From positions 70,408-134,407 of the forward strand of contig WELA01003054.1 in the NCBI GenBank assembly GCA_009602735.1: DNA of 64,000 nucleotides. The letters are read 5' to 3'. Positions within the stretch are counted from its first letter, which is position 1. Each line of letters starts with the position of its first letter. Below are positions 14,539 to 27,415 of this stretch, in pieces. Source of the stretch: Mesotaenium endlicherianum. Its lineage: Eukaryota. The notes below the pieces were generated by a model. The model searched no databases, was not told where the DNA came from, and was given only the letters and a program-made list of their open reading frames with translations. Both the position numbers and the translations under genes were made by a program.

Positions 14539-17500
14539 TCAGCAGCATCATTGTCCTGCTTGCCGCTGTTATGGTGGTAGCTGAAATTTGAGAAATTGAC
14601 TAATATGCTTTATCTGCTCTCGCTCTCCCTCTCGTCCCCGTCCTCCCACCCTCTCGAGCCCGCCAGGTGGCGAACCACCCGCTGCTGATCCGGCGGCTGT
14701 ACACGGACGAGGCCGTGAAGGACATGGCGCGCGCGCTCCACCAGCAGGGCGCGTTCGGGCACGAGTGCACACAGGAGAGGGTGCTGGAGGAGATTCGCGA
14801 GTACAATGACTTCTCCCTGCATCAGGTGCAGCCCACCCTGCCGTTCCCTCCTTTCCTCTCCCCTCTTCTTCCCCCTCGTCCCTCTCTTCCCCCCTCTTAC
14901 CCCTCTTTCCCCACTTCTCTATCTTCCTCCTTTTCCCCCTCGTTCCCGTCTGTTCCCCCCTCTTTCACCCCTCCTCGCTCCCGGCCGACTCCCTGCATTA
15001 CAGCCTTTGCATATCCTCATGCTCTTTCTGTTCCTATTCCTGCTTCTCCTGCTTCTGCCTGTGCTCCTGCTCCTGCTCCTGCCCCTGCTCCTGCCTGGTC
15101 TTCAACCTGAGGCTTCCCTCCGTCAATGAAGTTGCATGCTGATGAGTAAGCCTTTGCTTTCCAGCTCATCTTGTACTTGCCACTGAAGTCGCGAGATGTA
15201 GGGAGGGAAAGGGGGGAGGAAGGGGGGAGGAAGGGGGGGGGGAGAGGGGGCTTGCTCGAGCTGTTCTGCAGAGAGAAGCTTGGACGTGTGCGCGCCTGCG
15301 GCGTCACCGGCGGTGCCTATAAGAGAGCCCCCTCCTGCCTGGTTGGCATGCCCGATGTCGAGGAAAGAGTCCCTGGGGAGTTGCGGGCTGTTCTTCTCTG
15401 AGCCCCCACCTCTGAAGCTTACCAGAATCCCGAGGGGGTGCGGGTGGGGAGGCGTGCGCAGCTATGCATGACGTACAGCGGCCCCTCTCTGGAGCCCCGT
15501 CGGCTGACGGACGACCACGTCATGGCCTCTGCCAAGTGCAAGGTAAGGGAGCAAGAGAGAGCAAGAGGGAGAGAGGAAGGGAGGGAGAGAGAGAGGGGGA
15601 GAGAGAGAGAGGGGGAGGGAGAGAGAGAGGGGAGAGGGGGAGGGAGGAAGGAACGGACTAACTCTATAATTTCAGAGGCTAAGTCTGTGGGCACCACTCT
15701 CTAAGGGACTGACTCTTGCTCCTCTGCCTCTGCCTCTCTGTCTCCCCACCTCTCTGTCACTTTGCCCCCTGCTTCCATTCCTCCTCAGCATCGTACCCTC
15801 GGTACTCGTCTCTCTGACGCCCCTTCTTCGGCTGGCCTGCCCTTTTGTGGACCCAGCCCCATGGCGGAGGATAAGAGATGCCCAATATGCATGTCCCGTG
15901 GAGGAAGGGCAGCATCAGCATCAATGTACTGTTAGCACTGGCAATCACTAATCTGCGTCAATCACCACGGCCTCTCACGGCAGCAAGCAGCAGATTTTAC
16001 CGTGTACAAAAACGCCAGTAGCGGACCGCACTGTACACACGTACCGGCTTGTCGCGCATGATGCCCCACGTGGCACTTGGGATGCGCCACGTGGCACACG
16101 CATGCCAGGTGGTGCTCCTGCGTTGTCTGCCCCGCTGCATAGCCGAGAGCTGATGCCCAGCGCCACTGCTGCCGTCGCTCGTGCCCCTTCTCTCGTGCGT
16201 GCGTGTGCACGCGCTCGGCGAGGCAGTGTGCAGTTGCTGGCCGCTGCAGCTGATAGAGCTCTTTCAAGTGTGAGGTGGAGCTGAGCTGTCGTCCTCCGCC
16301 CCTCCTCGTCTCACGCGTAGATCCTGTCCTCGTGCGCGTGCGCGTGCGCGCTCGTGCTCGCGCTTGCGGTGGGGAAGCTGCGGGAGGTCCCGAAAGCCAG
16401 CGGTTGTCCTTCGCCCCTCCCCTCTTCTCACGCGTCGCTTCTCTTCCCGTGTGCGCCCCCGTGTGCGTGCGCGCCCCCGTGTGCGTGCGCGCGCGCTTGC
16501 GGCGGCCGGGGTGGAGGAGCGTGCAGGCGCTGGGCAAGCTGCTGAAGAAGCTGCGCAGGCACGGCCACCGGCCGCTCATCTTCAGCCAGTGGACAGCCAT
16601 GCTGGACATCCTGGGCTGGGCGCTCAAGATTCTGGGCTACAAGTACGTCCGCCTCGACGGCAGGTGGGAACGCGTCCCTCACCCTTAAAGACTTTTCTTC
16701 TCTCCTCTCTCCTCTCTCTCTTCTCCTCTGCCCTCTGTCCTCATGGATGAACCCTCATGGTGGCCCTGCTCTTAGTTCTCTTTACCCCTCTCCCTCTCCC
16801 CTCTCCTCTGTCCTATGTCCTCAGTCCTCCGTCCTTTCTCCTGTCTCCTCCCTCCTCCGTCCTCCGTCCTCAACAATCAGCCTCTGGCATCGCCCGGCAC
16901 TTCATTTTCCTTCAATATTTTCCCCCAAAATTTCACTGGGATCGCAGCTGCGTTGGGAGATCTTGACTTGAAGACCGGAATTTGCTGGGGCTGGGTCGGG
17001 TGTGGGTGTGCGGGGCGGCGCCGGGCACTCAGCACGCAAGTGACGGAGAGGCAGGTGCTGGTTGACGAGTACAACAACAACACTGACGTTTTCGCGTTCC
17101 TCCTCTCCACGCGGGCGGGCGGGCAAGGCCTGAACCTGACGGGCGCCGACACGGTCATCCTGCACGACGTTGACTTCAACCCCCAGGTGGACAGGCAGGC
17201 GGAGGACAGGTGTCACCGTATTGGCCAGGAGAAGCCCGTCACCGTCTACAGGTAGGGGGGAGCCGCGTCACGTCGTCTTGAGCATGTCTTGTACAAGTTG
17301 CATTCTCTCCAATTGTTGAACATGGTGTGTTCACCTCAATGTCGCCTTGCACGCTGCGTCGTTGTGGAACGCTTGAACATGGTGTATTCCCGGACCCGCT
17401 GTACACGAGCACACGCTGGTATCTATCTCCACGCCTCTATGCGCAGGTGCGTGGCTGCCACTGTGCCTGCGTGCGTGTGCGCGTGCGTGTGTGTGTGTCT

Positions 17501-17550
17501 GTGCGTGTGTGCGCGTGTGCGCGCGCGTGTGTGTGTGTGCGCGTGTGCGC

Positions 17551-17599
<49 letters not shown>

Positions 17600-18155
17600 C
17601 GTGTATGTGTGTGGGTGTGTGTGTGTGTGCTCTTGAGTGCGTGTGTAAGTGGGTGTACGGGTGATGGATGCACTTTTGGATACTGAGCAATTTCACAGAA
17701 TAGGTGCAGACAGTGGGCATAGTGACTAGGAGCGTCCTGCATACCTACCTGCCAGCAAGGTTCTTGGGAATCGGACAAAGCTGCTAAGGCCACATTCTTT
17801 TTGTACTGTTTATACAAGGCAAGGCTCCTCGTGCGAGGGCAAGGCCTCTCAGTTCCTGCACCCTCTGCGCAGGCTGTTTAGAAAAGACACCGGCGCACGC
17901 GGGCGTACTTTGTGCCGTGCTGATTGCGTCTGTCGAGTGCCTGATCAAGGGGGGCAAGGCTGCCCTGCATGTGCGTGCAGGCTGGTTGCGAAAGACACGG
18001 TCGACGAGAGCATTCTGAAAATTGCGCAGCGCAAGCTGAGCCTGGATGCTGCGGTGCTCGACTCGTCGGTGGACTGCCGGCCGGCGGCGGACGAGGACGA
18101 AACGCGCACGATGGGCGACATCCTTTCCTCCCTTCTGAACGCGCAAGAGGTGTAG
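7545..18155 (+). CDS. CHR19: SNF2-family chromatin-remodelling ATPase, SMARCAD1/ETL1/Fun30 (plant CHR19-like). Exons about 7545-8441, 9075-9180, 9650-9690, 11194-11447, 12074-12254, 13177-13401, 13921-14112, 14667-14825, 15462-15542, 16527-16663, 17033-17251, 17981-18155
   Basis: The spliced frame gives [23 protein letters not shown] (Walker A), [20 protein letters not shown] (Walker B), [51 protein letters not shown] and [11 protein letters not shown]. All junctions are GT-AG and phase-compatible. The start codon is uncertain and there may be upstream exons. Confidence 0.92.
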
Positions 18156-19743
18156 CTAGCGAGTAGTTAGCCACATTTCTCTATCTGACTTTGATCAAAT
18201 AGATGTGGTCCCATTTTTTTAATTTTTTTTCCGGGGGTTGCAAAATCTGCCGTCAGTGTACGCGGTCCTAACTTGGGCAGTAATGCGTGGCTTACATGCG
18301 TTTGGATATTTTGATAGCGGAACACATCACTTTGACTTGGCAGCTTCATCCATCGATGGGCCAAATATCTTGATGCAGTAGTAACCCATTAAGCAACTGC
18401 TCGTGGGTTGCCAAAAGCAGAGGTCAAGGGTTCAAATACCTTTCCTCTTGACAAAGCGATAGTGTGCATTTTATTAGATCGTTGCACCAAATGAATTGTA
18501 TTGCTACTCATAAAGCTTGGAGATAGACAATTTTGGCCCAAATTGATTGTGGTCCTATCATTGCAGGTTGGCATGCGGACCTTGTTGCTGCTCAGCTCTG
18601 CTCTTTTTGTAGACAAAGACTGAGGATTTGGTCATGTGTAATGCTTTTTGGAGCAATTTTTAGCGCGTTGCCAAATTGAGCCTTGAATAGGGGCCATCTA
18701 CAAATTGGGCAAGTATCAGTTGCAGTTAGTCAGCATGAGCTTTATTGCTTCCTGGCCTTCAGTTTGAGTAAATGTCGATCGACATTGGCATGATGTCTGT
18801 TGAACATCAAGCTTGTTTCCCACGGAAGAGTACTACATGTTCAATATTAAATCCTTGTGCATATACTGAAAGTGGAATTGAATCGCGGGGCCAATAGCTT
18901 GAGATGCTACCTGTACGCAAGTCAAGAAAAGCTAGGATATGAAAAGTACCAAAACGGTGCTCCACCAGTTAAAACATGTCCTTTCCATGCACCCACCATA
19001 TGGCTGCTTTGGAGACATAGAACCCATCCCCTTGCATGCTTTTACCTAGCTCATTGGCTTCTTTTAAGCATCTTTATGAAGACATACTGTCATGTGCACA
19101 TCTCTCCGGGATGAGGCAGATTAGAGGAAGATTGATCGAATGAAGTTTAGATGAATGAAGTTTGAATAAATCTCTCAGCTCTTGTTCCAGTCTCATTACC
19201 AAACTTGGTCACTGCCACACCTACGTGTAAGACGTCAATTGCTGCACCTATACAGAAACACCCGACGCAACATGACCAGGGCATGCTGCATGAACTAAAT
19301 CAAGCTTGTACAAGGCGGGTGGTTTTGATGTAATTCTATGATAAAGTTCTTTGCTCAAACATTTGCGAAGTACAAGTACTAACATTTAAAGTTTGTCAAA
19401 GTGAGACATGAAAATGGGAACTTCAAATTTTCAAAAGGAAAAACCAAGTGATTAAGCCTCGCGTATCTTCTCACCTACTCATGGCGCACAAGACTACATA
19501 AATTTTCTTTGTTTTCTGAAAGTCCATCTCACTTTGTTCCATGCCGAAAAAAAATGAGTCAAAAATGTCTTTCTCTCGTTGTTCTATGTTGACAAAATTT
19601 AAGAGTCAAAATGATATATAATCGTATTAGGCAGTGATATGCAGTGATAGGACCAGATAGGACAGAGACAGGACCAGGCTAGAGGTCGTTGACGCTTTCG
19701 GCGATTTGATAGCAAGGCTGAGTTGAAATCATCGCACGCTTTA

Positions 19744-19782
19744 GCCCCGAGCAGCCCCGAGCAGCCCCGAGTTGCCCCGAGT
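19744..19782. repeat. 10-bp tandem repeat (GCCCCGAGCA/TT) x4 upstream of SPP
   Basis: gccccgagca gccccgagca gccccgagtt gccccgagt, about 400 bp upstream of the SPP ATG. Confidence 0.75.
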
Positions 19783-20185
19783 AACAACATTCAAACTCAT
19801 TTGAGAAATGCCAAAAACTTGATGTCACACAATGTGCCGCATACGGACGTGGCAGGCGTTAGGAGAACTAGCTTCAACGACTGTATGTTTGAGGTAGCCA
19901 ATTGGCATGTTTCTAACGCGACATGTGTGACGCTGACCAATGAGATTCCCTACCATTCTCTCGTTCTCGCTTGTGCCCTCCTGCAATTCTCGAGAATGGT
20001 TGAAGGCCCTTATACCATCTTCTATTCCATTATGGCAGGTCAATCTGTGATCTAGGCAAACCTCTGCTCTCCACATCTCTTTGTAAAATTACACTGTGGT
20101 TGACTGTTGGATTGCAGTACTGGATCATAATTAGCTCACAGTGCTTCTCTCCTTCCAATCTGCTCTAAGTCAGACTTTGGCAACC

Positions 20186-23100
20186 ATGGCTAGCTCTGAG
20201 AGCGTGTCTGAGGCATTTGCTGATACTGAAGCCGTTGTCCTTGGGAAGGCACCTCCCACGCTGCTGCTTGTTTCTGACCTTGACAACACAATGGTACGCA
20301 GTGGCGATAGGCAACCTATATGTAGTAGTAGACTTGTCGGCGTCCACCTCTTTGGTGGCATTCAGTGTTGCATTCAGCATACTTGAAAAGGCATTAGGCG
20401 GAATTTTAGGGTTGTTCTTCACTCTTTAAGCCGCGTGCACGAGTTGTCTATATACCTCCCATTTAGCCATGACTATTGAAAGCTTGCTGGAAATAATTGA
20501 AGTTATAGCGTGAGTTATCACTATAGAAAGGAGCTGACAATAAGCTTCGTGTGCCGCAGGTCGATCATACGGACAAAGCCCATGACTCATTGCTGCGATT
20601 TAACGCTTTGTGGGAAACAGGATATGCCAATGATTCTATCCTGGTATTTTCAACGGGGAGATCTCCAACTTTATACAATGAGCTTAGAGCAGAAGTGCCC
20701 CTCCTTAGTCCAGGTACTCCTTAGTCAGCTCCTTTACCACTGGGTCGTTAGTTGGATGGGGGGCTTGAATATTGCGTCGACTTCTCTGCAAAGCTAAGTG
20801 ATCCGTTAGAGACTGAATCCTTATTTGTGGTGGCCTGTGCAGATATCACAATCATGTCAGTGGGGACGGAAATTGTGTACGGGACCAGTCTCACTCCTGA
20901 TAAGGAGTGGGAGGAGCTCCTTAGTCAGGGTTGGGACCGCAGCATTGTAGTAGAAGAGGCTGAGAAGCTCAACATGAAGCTGCAGGTAAGAGTTATACCT
21001 TGCCGGAGGTAGATTGTTGGTGTCTTGACTGGGACTAGGTCCTTCTATGAACCTCAACTGTACTGACATAAAAATTGGCAGAGCTGAGGCTGAGATGGTC
21101 ATTGCAGTTGACTTGCAGTCATTTATTCTCATTTCGGTGGTCATTCTTGTGCAAGTAAGAGCAGTCTTGACTTGCACATTCAGGTGCACCACATGCTTGC
21201 TGCTGATGTTCAACACCTCACTCACGTAACAAGAAGGATGTCACTTTCTACAAAGGCTGGGCTTCACACAAAAATTAAATTCATATCCAAATTAGATCAC
21301 AGTCTGAACTGATGACATCAGTTGGCCTACCATCTGCGTACCGTGTTCCGTCAATCAGCAAATCAGGGAGGCACAGATGAAGTCACCGTCAAGGGTGTCC
21401 AAGTGCGCGTCTCTTAAGTCAACAATTAATTCAACACATTCAATCTCTACGTGGCTACGTCAACTTGGGATGCTTGTTGCAGGTAGAGTCAGAGCAGCGG
21501 CCACACAAAGTGAGCTTCACGGTGGACAAGGGTGAGGCCAAGGGCATCATGGAGAAGCTCTCTGCTGCTCTCAAGGATCGTGGAGTGAGTGCCTGCCCCT
21601 CTGTTTTCCTGTGCTCCTCCTTCACTCCACCATTCTCCTCACACACTCCACTGTCAGAATGTCCTATAGCTTTAAGGCAGGTTAGGTGGCGTTAGGGGGA
21701 TTGCATCGAGAGGCCTGTGCACCGCCCTGTGGTTTGTATGCCCTTCATTACTGCATAGCTGTGAAGACAAGGACAGTAGCAGCAGCAGGTGCACCCTTAC
21801 CATATGTGAGCTAACAGATTTGTGTAGCTCTGCTTACTCGTACTTGCATGACCCTTTGCTTTTGAGTCACACCTTCTCCCGGCCAAAGTGCAAGATTAGC
21901 AGGGCGTGCATGCAGGACACGTGTCAGAGGTTCTCACCGAGCATCCAGCCCAGATCACAAGGTGGAAGAGTCAGTTTCTCTGTGCGCCTCGGCCGCAGAG
22001 GCTCCTGCGCATGACAGTCTACTCCAATACGTGCAACACTCAATTCGTGTTGCGACACGTACTGTCTGACTGTGCTGCAGCTTTCACTGTCTCAGTCCGT
22101 GTTGCGATACTTCCTGTCTCAATCTGTGTTACACTCCTGAGTCTGAGCTCGTTGAGACTGAATCTTCTGTCTCTGTCTCTCTGCGTCTGCCTCTGCCTCT
22201 ACTCTTGCCTCTGCCTCTGCTCTTGCCTCTGCTCGTGCCTTTGCGCTCCCCTTTCTATGGTGGGCTGCAGCTGAAGGCAAAGGTCATCTACAGCGGGGGT
22301 GCCGATATGGACATCCTTCCCGAGGGGGCCGGGAAGGGGCAGGCCCTGGCCTACCTGCTGAGGAAGTTCCGCGAGAAGAAGTGCGAGCCCCTCTTCACCC
22401 TCGCGTGCGGGGACTCTGGCAACGACATCGAGCTCTTCACTATTGACGGCGCCCACGGTGTCATTGTAAGGGCCACCTCTATCTCTAACTCTGCCCCTGA
22501 CTCTGGCGCTCTCTCTACATCTGCCTCGGCCTCTGCCTCTGTCTCTGATGTTGCTGCTGCTTCTGCCTTCTAGTCCTCTGCCTCTGCCTCTGTCTCTGCC
22601 TCTGCCTCTGCCGCTGCCTCTAGCATTCCACCTTGTTGCCTCCCCCTTGCTCTCCCCTTCGGAGCTCCAGGGGGGTAGGCAGGGGGGTGGGGGCACTTGG
22701 GGTGTCGTGTGGTCAGTTCTAGAATTTAGAGCTGGGCTGAGTCTGGTGCTTGGCCTCTTTGCTGCTGTGTTTTGAGAGACGCTGATCTGCCGGGTCCAAG
22801 TTGGAGCCCGTCTGTGTCGGGGGCCTAGCACAGACTGCTTGGCTGGCTGGCTGGCTGGCTGGCTAACTGGCTGCCCAGCTTGTCAGAGCCCAAGCTTGCC
22901 CAGGGCTTGTGTGCGTGCCTCTCATTGAATAAGTTTCTGCCTGCATCTCGTATGCTTCGATGCTATTTGGGCACACTCCATCTCCCTCCGGTGCTGCCCT
23001 GCACTCTTGACAGGCCCACGCTCTCACACTCCACGTCCGTACCCTCAAGCGTATCCGTCATCCTGCTGCACATGCACGTACAGCAAGCACGTGTGCATGC

Positions 23101-26100
23101 AGGTTGTGGGCCAAGCTGTGTGTGTGTTACGTTCCGCTGCTCCCTGCAAGCTTGCTCTCTTCCCCCCCCCCNNNNNNNNNNNNNNNNNNNNNNNNNNNNN
23201 NNNNNNNNNNNNNNNNNNNNNNNNNNNNNNNNNNNNNNNNNNNNNNNNNNNNNNNNNNNNNNNNNNNNNNNNNNNNNNNNNNNNNNNNNNNNNNNNNNNN
23301 NNNNNNNNNNNNNNNNNNNNNNNNNNNNNNNNNNNNNNNNNNNNNNNNNNNNNNNNNNNNNNNNNNNNNNNNNNNNNNNNNNNNNNNNNNNNNNNNNNNN
23401 NNNNNNNNNNNNNNNNNNNNNNNNNNNNNNNNNNNNNNNNNNNNNNNNNNNNNNNNNNNNNNNNNNNNNNNNNNNNNNNNNNNNNNNNNNNNNNNNNNNN
23501 NNNNNNNNNNNNNNNNNNNNNNNNNNNNNNNNNNNNNNNNNNNNNNNNNNNNNNNNNNNNNNNNNNNNNNNNNNNNNNNNNNNNNNNNNNNNNNNNNNNN
23601 NNNNNNNNNNNNNNNNNNNNNNNNNNNNNNNNNCCCCCCGCGCGTGACCCACCAGCCACTTTCTTGAACACCCTGCCATAGTCTTGACCCTCCTGTCACT
23701 GACTTGACCTTTCTGCCAGTCTTGGCCCACTTCGTTCCTACTCCTCCATCATAACAGCTATTGGGTGCAAGTTTCTCCATAGTTGGAGACCTGGTAGCCA
23801 AAGGCACCCCTCAGTTACTGTCGCGACCCTCCTGTCACTATCTCAACCCCCTGTCCCTTTCTTGACCCTCCTGTCACTGTTCTGACTTCCGTGTCACTAA
23901 CTTGAGCCTCCTGGCAACGCCCTGACCCCCCTGTCACTGTCTTGACCCTCCAGTCTCCATTCTGACTCCTAGACCCTTGTTGCTACCTAGACCCTCTGTT
24001 GATGTCCTTACCCTCCTGCCACCACCTTGCGTGCATGTGCGGCGGTGCCTTTCCCAGGTGGGCAACGCCATGGAGGAGCTGGTGGAGTGGTACGAGGCGC
24101 AGAGTGCGCCGCCGCACATCTTCCGCGCGAGCGAGCGCTGCGCGTCCGGCATCATCGAGGCCATGCACACCTTCAAGATCCAGCCGTCGGTGCCGCCGCG
24201 CGACCAGCCCATCGAGGCGGGCGAGGGCCCCACGGACGTGTCGCAGCCGGGCGCGCTGTCCAACTTCTCGGCGCAGCGCGAGATCGTGGAATTCTTCGTG
24301 TTCCTTGAGGAGTGGCTCGTGGGCGCCATCGAGAAGTCGGACACCACGCTCCTGCGCCTCACCACCGTGCTGGTGGGTGCGCCACAGCTTCGACTCCTCC
24401 TACTGGGGCCTGACGCTGACTCAAAGAGCTCTGGCCCTCGGCCCTGTATCTGGGACACAGCCGGCGTGTGCGTGCGGGCGTGCGGGCGGTTTGCTTGGCA
24501 AACCCCTGGCAACTGGAGGTTTGAAACTCGTCGTGCAGGGGGGGGAAAGGGGGGGGGGGAGGGGAGAAGTTGGCAACTCGGCATCCTCCACCACCCAGAG
24601 GGCAGAGAGTGCGATGCGGAAGTGCTGAAGAGGTTTTGGCTCAGCTGCTCCTGCTGGCTTCTTGCGACTCGGCACAAGACAACTCTTGTGGGGACTATCT
24701 GTGTGTACTTGCGGCGGATGGTGTCGTGTTCTGAGGACTTGTGGAACACTAGGAAGGCACGAGGCTCCCCCGTCAGATGCTTCTCACATCAGTCGGCAGC
24801 CGGCAATCGGCAGTCGGCAGTGGGCAGTCGGCAGTGGGCAGTCGGCACTTGGCAGTGGGCAGTCGGCATTCAAGCTTTTGTCCGGCGATCTGCAGAAAGA
24901 GTACAACAAGGGGCCGTATCTTTGATGCCTAGATTGGCAGACAATTAAAACCTTGCACATGTCGTTTTCCGGTATGTTGCAGCATGCAGCGCTGCTGGTA
25001 TGGTTGAGTAGATGGCGCCATCCGAGGTGGACCCCTCTGGCCTAGCGTTGGAGATGGGAGGGGCAAGCCTGCTTCCATAGGGCACCATTGTGGGTTTGTC
25101 ACGAGCGGAGACAAGGGCACAGAGGAGGGGGGGGGTGGGGGGGGAACCGAGTGAGAATGGAAAAGCGTCACTCACTGATTTTCCTGTGTTGTGAGTGAGC
25201 AAAACAGCAGCCGAGGGCAAGCAGCCCCACTCAATGTCCTTGCCATGAATAGGATTGTAGCGCGGTACAAGACCTGTGGCACCTGACTGCGCCTGCCCTC
25301 TCCCTCTCCCTCCCTCCCTTTCTCCCTCTTCCCCTCCCTCTCTCTCTCCCTCTCTCCCTTTCTCCCACTCTCTCCCGCTCCCTCCCTCCCGTCCTCTCTG
25401 GCCCATCTGCGCTGGAGACGCGGTGCAGGCCACGGAGTACATTCACGTGAAGCCCAACGGGGTGGAGGTGCCGCGGAACCAGTGGATCAAGGAGCTGCGG
25501 GACAAGAATGGCTCCCTCAAGGGCACGGGCACCCGGTGCTGGGTGGACAAGCTGTTTGTCACGGAGCTCGCCACGGGCGTGTGGTTCGCCCGCTACTGCG
25601 TCTGCAAGCTCGCCACAGGTGAGGGGGAGGAAGGCACATGCAACGGGCTTGGAGGGGAGGGTGCATTGCACGCTTGCTTGCTTGCCTGCTGCTGCTGCTG
25701 CGGATACTGCGGATACTGCTGCACATGCCTCTCCTGGGGGCAGGGCCTGCTGTTGTTTGCAAATCACTGAGGAAGTGTCTAGTGGATATAGCATGTCTGA
25801 CCTTTACAGAAAACAAAGAGAATAGGGCTTGTGCTCGTCCTCTCCGTGGTATGCAATCGCTGCCTTGTTGCCCTGCAAGTCTGTTTGCCCTTTCCACTCC
25901 TGCTCTCAATCTAGCTGCCACAGTTCCACGAGGCCATCTGTGTGTGGAGCAGAGCTGTATTCTCAGAGTAGTCTTCTGGCCGTAGTTTTTGCTGCCGGTT
26001 GGGCTTATAAAGCGGCCATGGCTGAACCTCGAGGTTGTACCCGGCGCTCAGCCCATCTTTTTGGCCATTGGGCACCTCGTGAAACTTCTCGCCTGCTGAC

Positions 26101-26575
26101 CTTGCTCTTGATTGTGCTGCTGCTGCGGCTGCTGCGGCGGCTGCAGGGAAGGGGCGCGAGACTCACTACCAAACGACCATCCTCATCGCGAAGGTGCGTG
26201 AGCTCCCCGAGGCCCACGGGCTGGCAGAACTCCCTGCCACCTTCCGCCACTCTTCCTTGTCTGCCTCCTCCCGTCCCGCTCGTGCGGGGCCTTGTCCATG
26301 CAGCGAACGTGGCACGCCGCCCCCCCGTGGCCTGCTCCTCACGATCATCCTCGTGCGAAAGATCAGGGGCCAAGTCCCACATCCTCCTGCGTGTTAGACT
26401 GCTGCCGCCCAGAGCCTGGCTGCCTAGTTGTCTCCTTGGTGCAGATGGGTGGTTGGCATGGTAGTTGTGCACGTCCTCACGCGTCAGGGCGTGTGCTGGC
26501 TAGCTGGCTGTGCAGGAGGGAGTACCCAATGGTCTGGAGTGGCTCCACACGCAGACCACGCTGGTGACGGCTTAG
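20186..26575 (+). CDS. SPP: Sucrose-phosphate phosphatase (HAD S6PP domain plus plant-type S6PP_C domain). Exons 20186-20293, 20560-20713, 20843-20985, 21483-21584, 22271-22465, 24058-24372, 25429-25618, 26147-26193, 26516-26575
   Basis: Motifs VSDLDNTMVDH (HAD motif I), LLRFNALWE, LVFSTGRS, IMSVGTEI, EQRPHKVSF, YSGGADMDILP-GAGKGQAL, ACGDSGND, VGNAMEEL, ERCASGIIEA, and C-terminal REIVEF..WVDK..GLEWLH. Junctions are GT-AG. An N gap lies in intron 5. Confidence 0.93.
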
Positions 26576-27415
26576 GGGGCATGCAGTTTGTCGTCGGAGG
26601 GACTAAGCGGCTCCACAGGCGCGCACGCAGACTACACGCGTGACTGCGTAGAAGACTCATGGGGTCTGTGTTTGAAAATATCACCAGCTTGGGCAGTGTG
26701 TTATTAATACTATTTTCGGCTAAGTAGCATGGGGCTGGCTCTGATCGTGGTTGATTGCCAGTGCAATTTTTGCCCCCCGGTTAGGTGATGTGTGTTTTTC
26801 CTAAGTATCTAGGCTTGTGTCCTGTTCCCCTACTGGTTGGTGGTACCTAAGGTATATGAATTACAGCTAGCTTGGCATATGTGACTCTTTAATTATGCGT
26901 GACAGGCCGTATCGTGACATAGTTGGAGTGACATGCCCTCTTCATTAGGCAAGTTTCACACAAGAATGACTGATACACATCCAAGGTGCCAACTTGACAT
27001 GATTGTTGCCTACACAAGTACAAGCCGCTGGGGTGCAATGCACATAGCGAGGGGCTGATGATAACTGCCAGAAGCTTATAAAAAATGTGCAACACCTGGA
27101 AATAAATATGCATAAGCTATCAAAATGTCTCCTCAATCCTTGATGGCCGATATTAAATTGATATCCTTACTGCAAATGAATGAATGTTATGTCCTATCAG
27201 CCCCAGGGGCCAGAGTACCATTACCAGCAGCTCCCCAAGCCTCTCACGATCTGAAAAACTGTACACGAATTAGCTGGCCACAACAAATTGGTGATATACA
27301 TCTCAGGTCTATGCCAGCGAGCTAATCCGCCTACAGCTGCCTAGCTATAGTAACGTGCACAACAACTCAGTCAGCCATCTCGTAAAATGAGAAGAGCCTT
27401 ATAATATCTACCACC

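Noticed and set aside
12416..17817. Many ORFs rich in CV/HT/QQQ/LLL repeats
   Set aside because: They are translations of intronic microsatellites or antisense shadows of GC-rich SNF2 exons.
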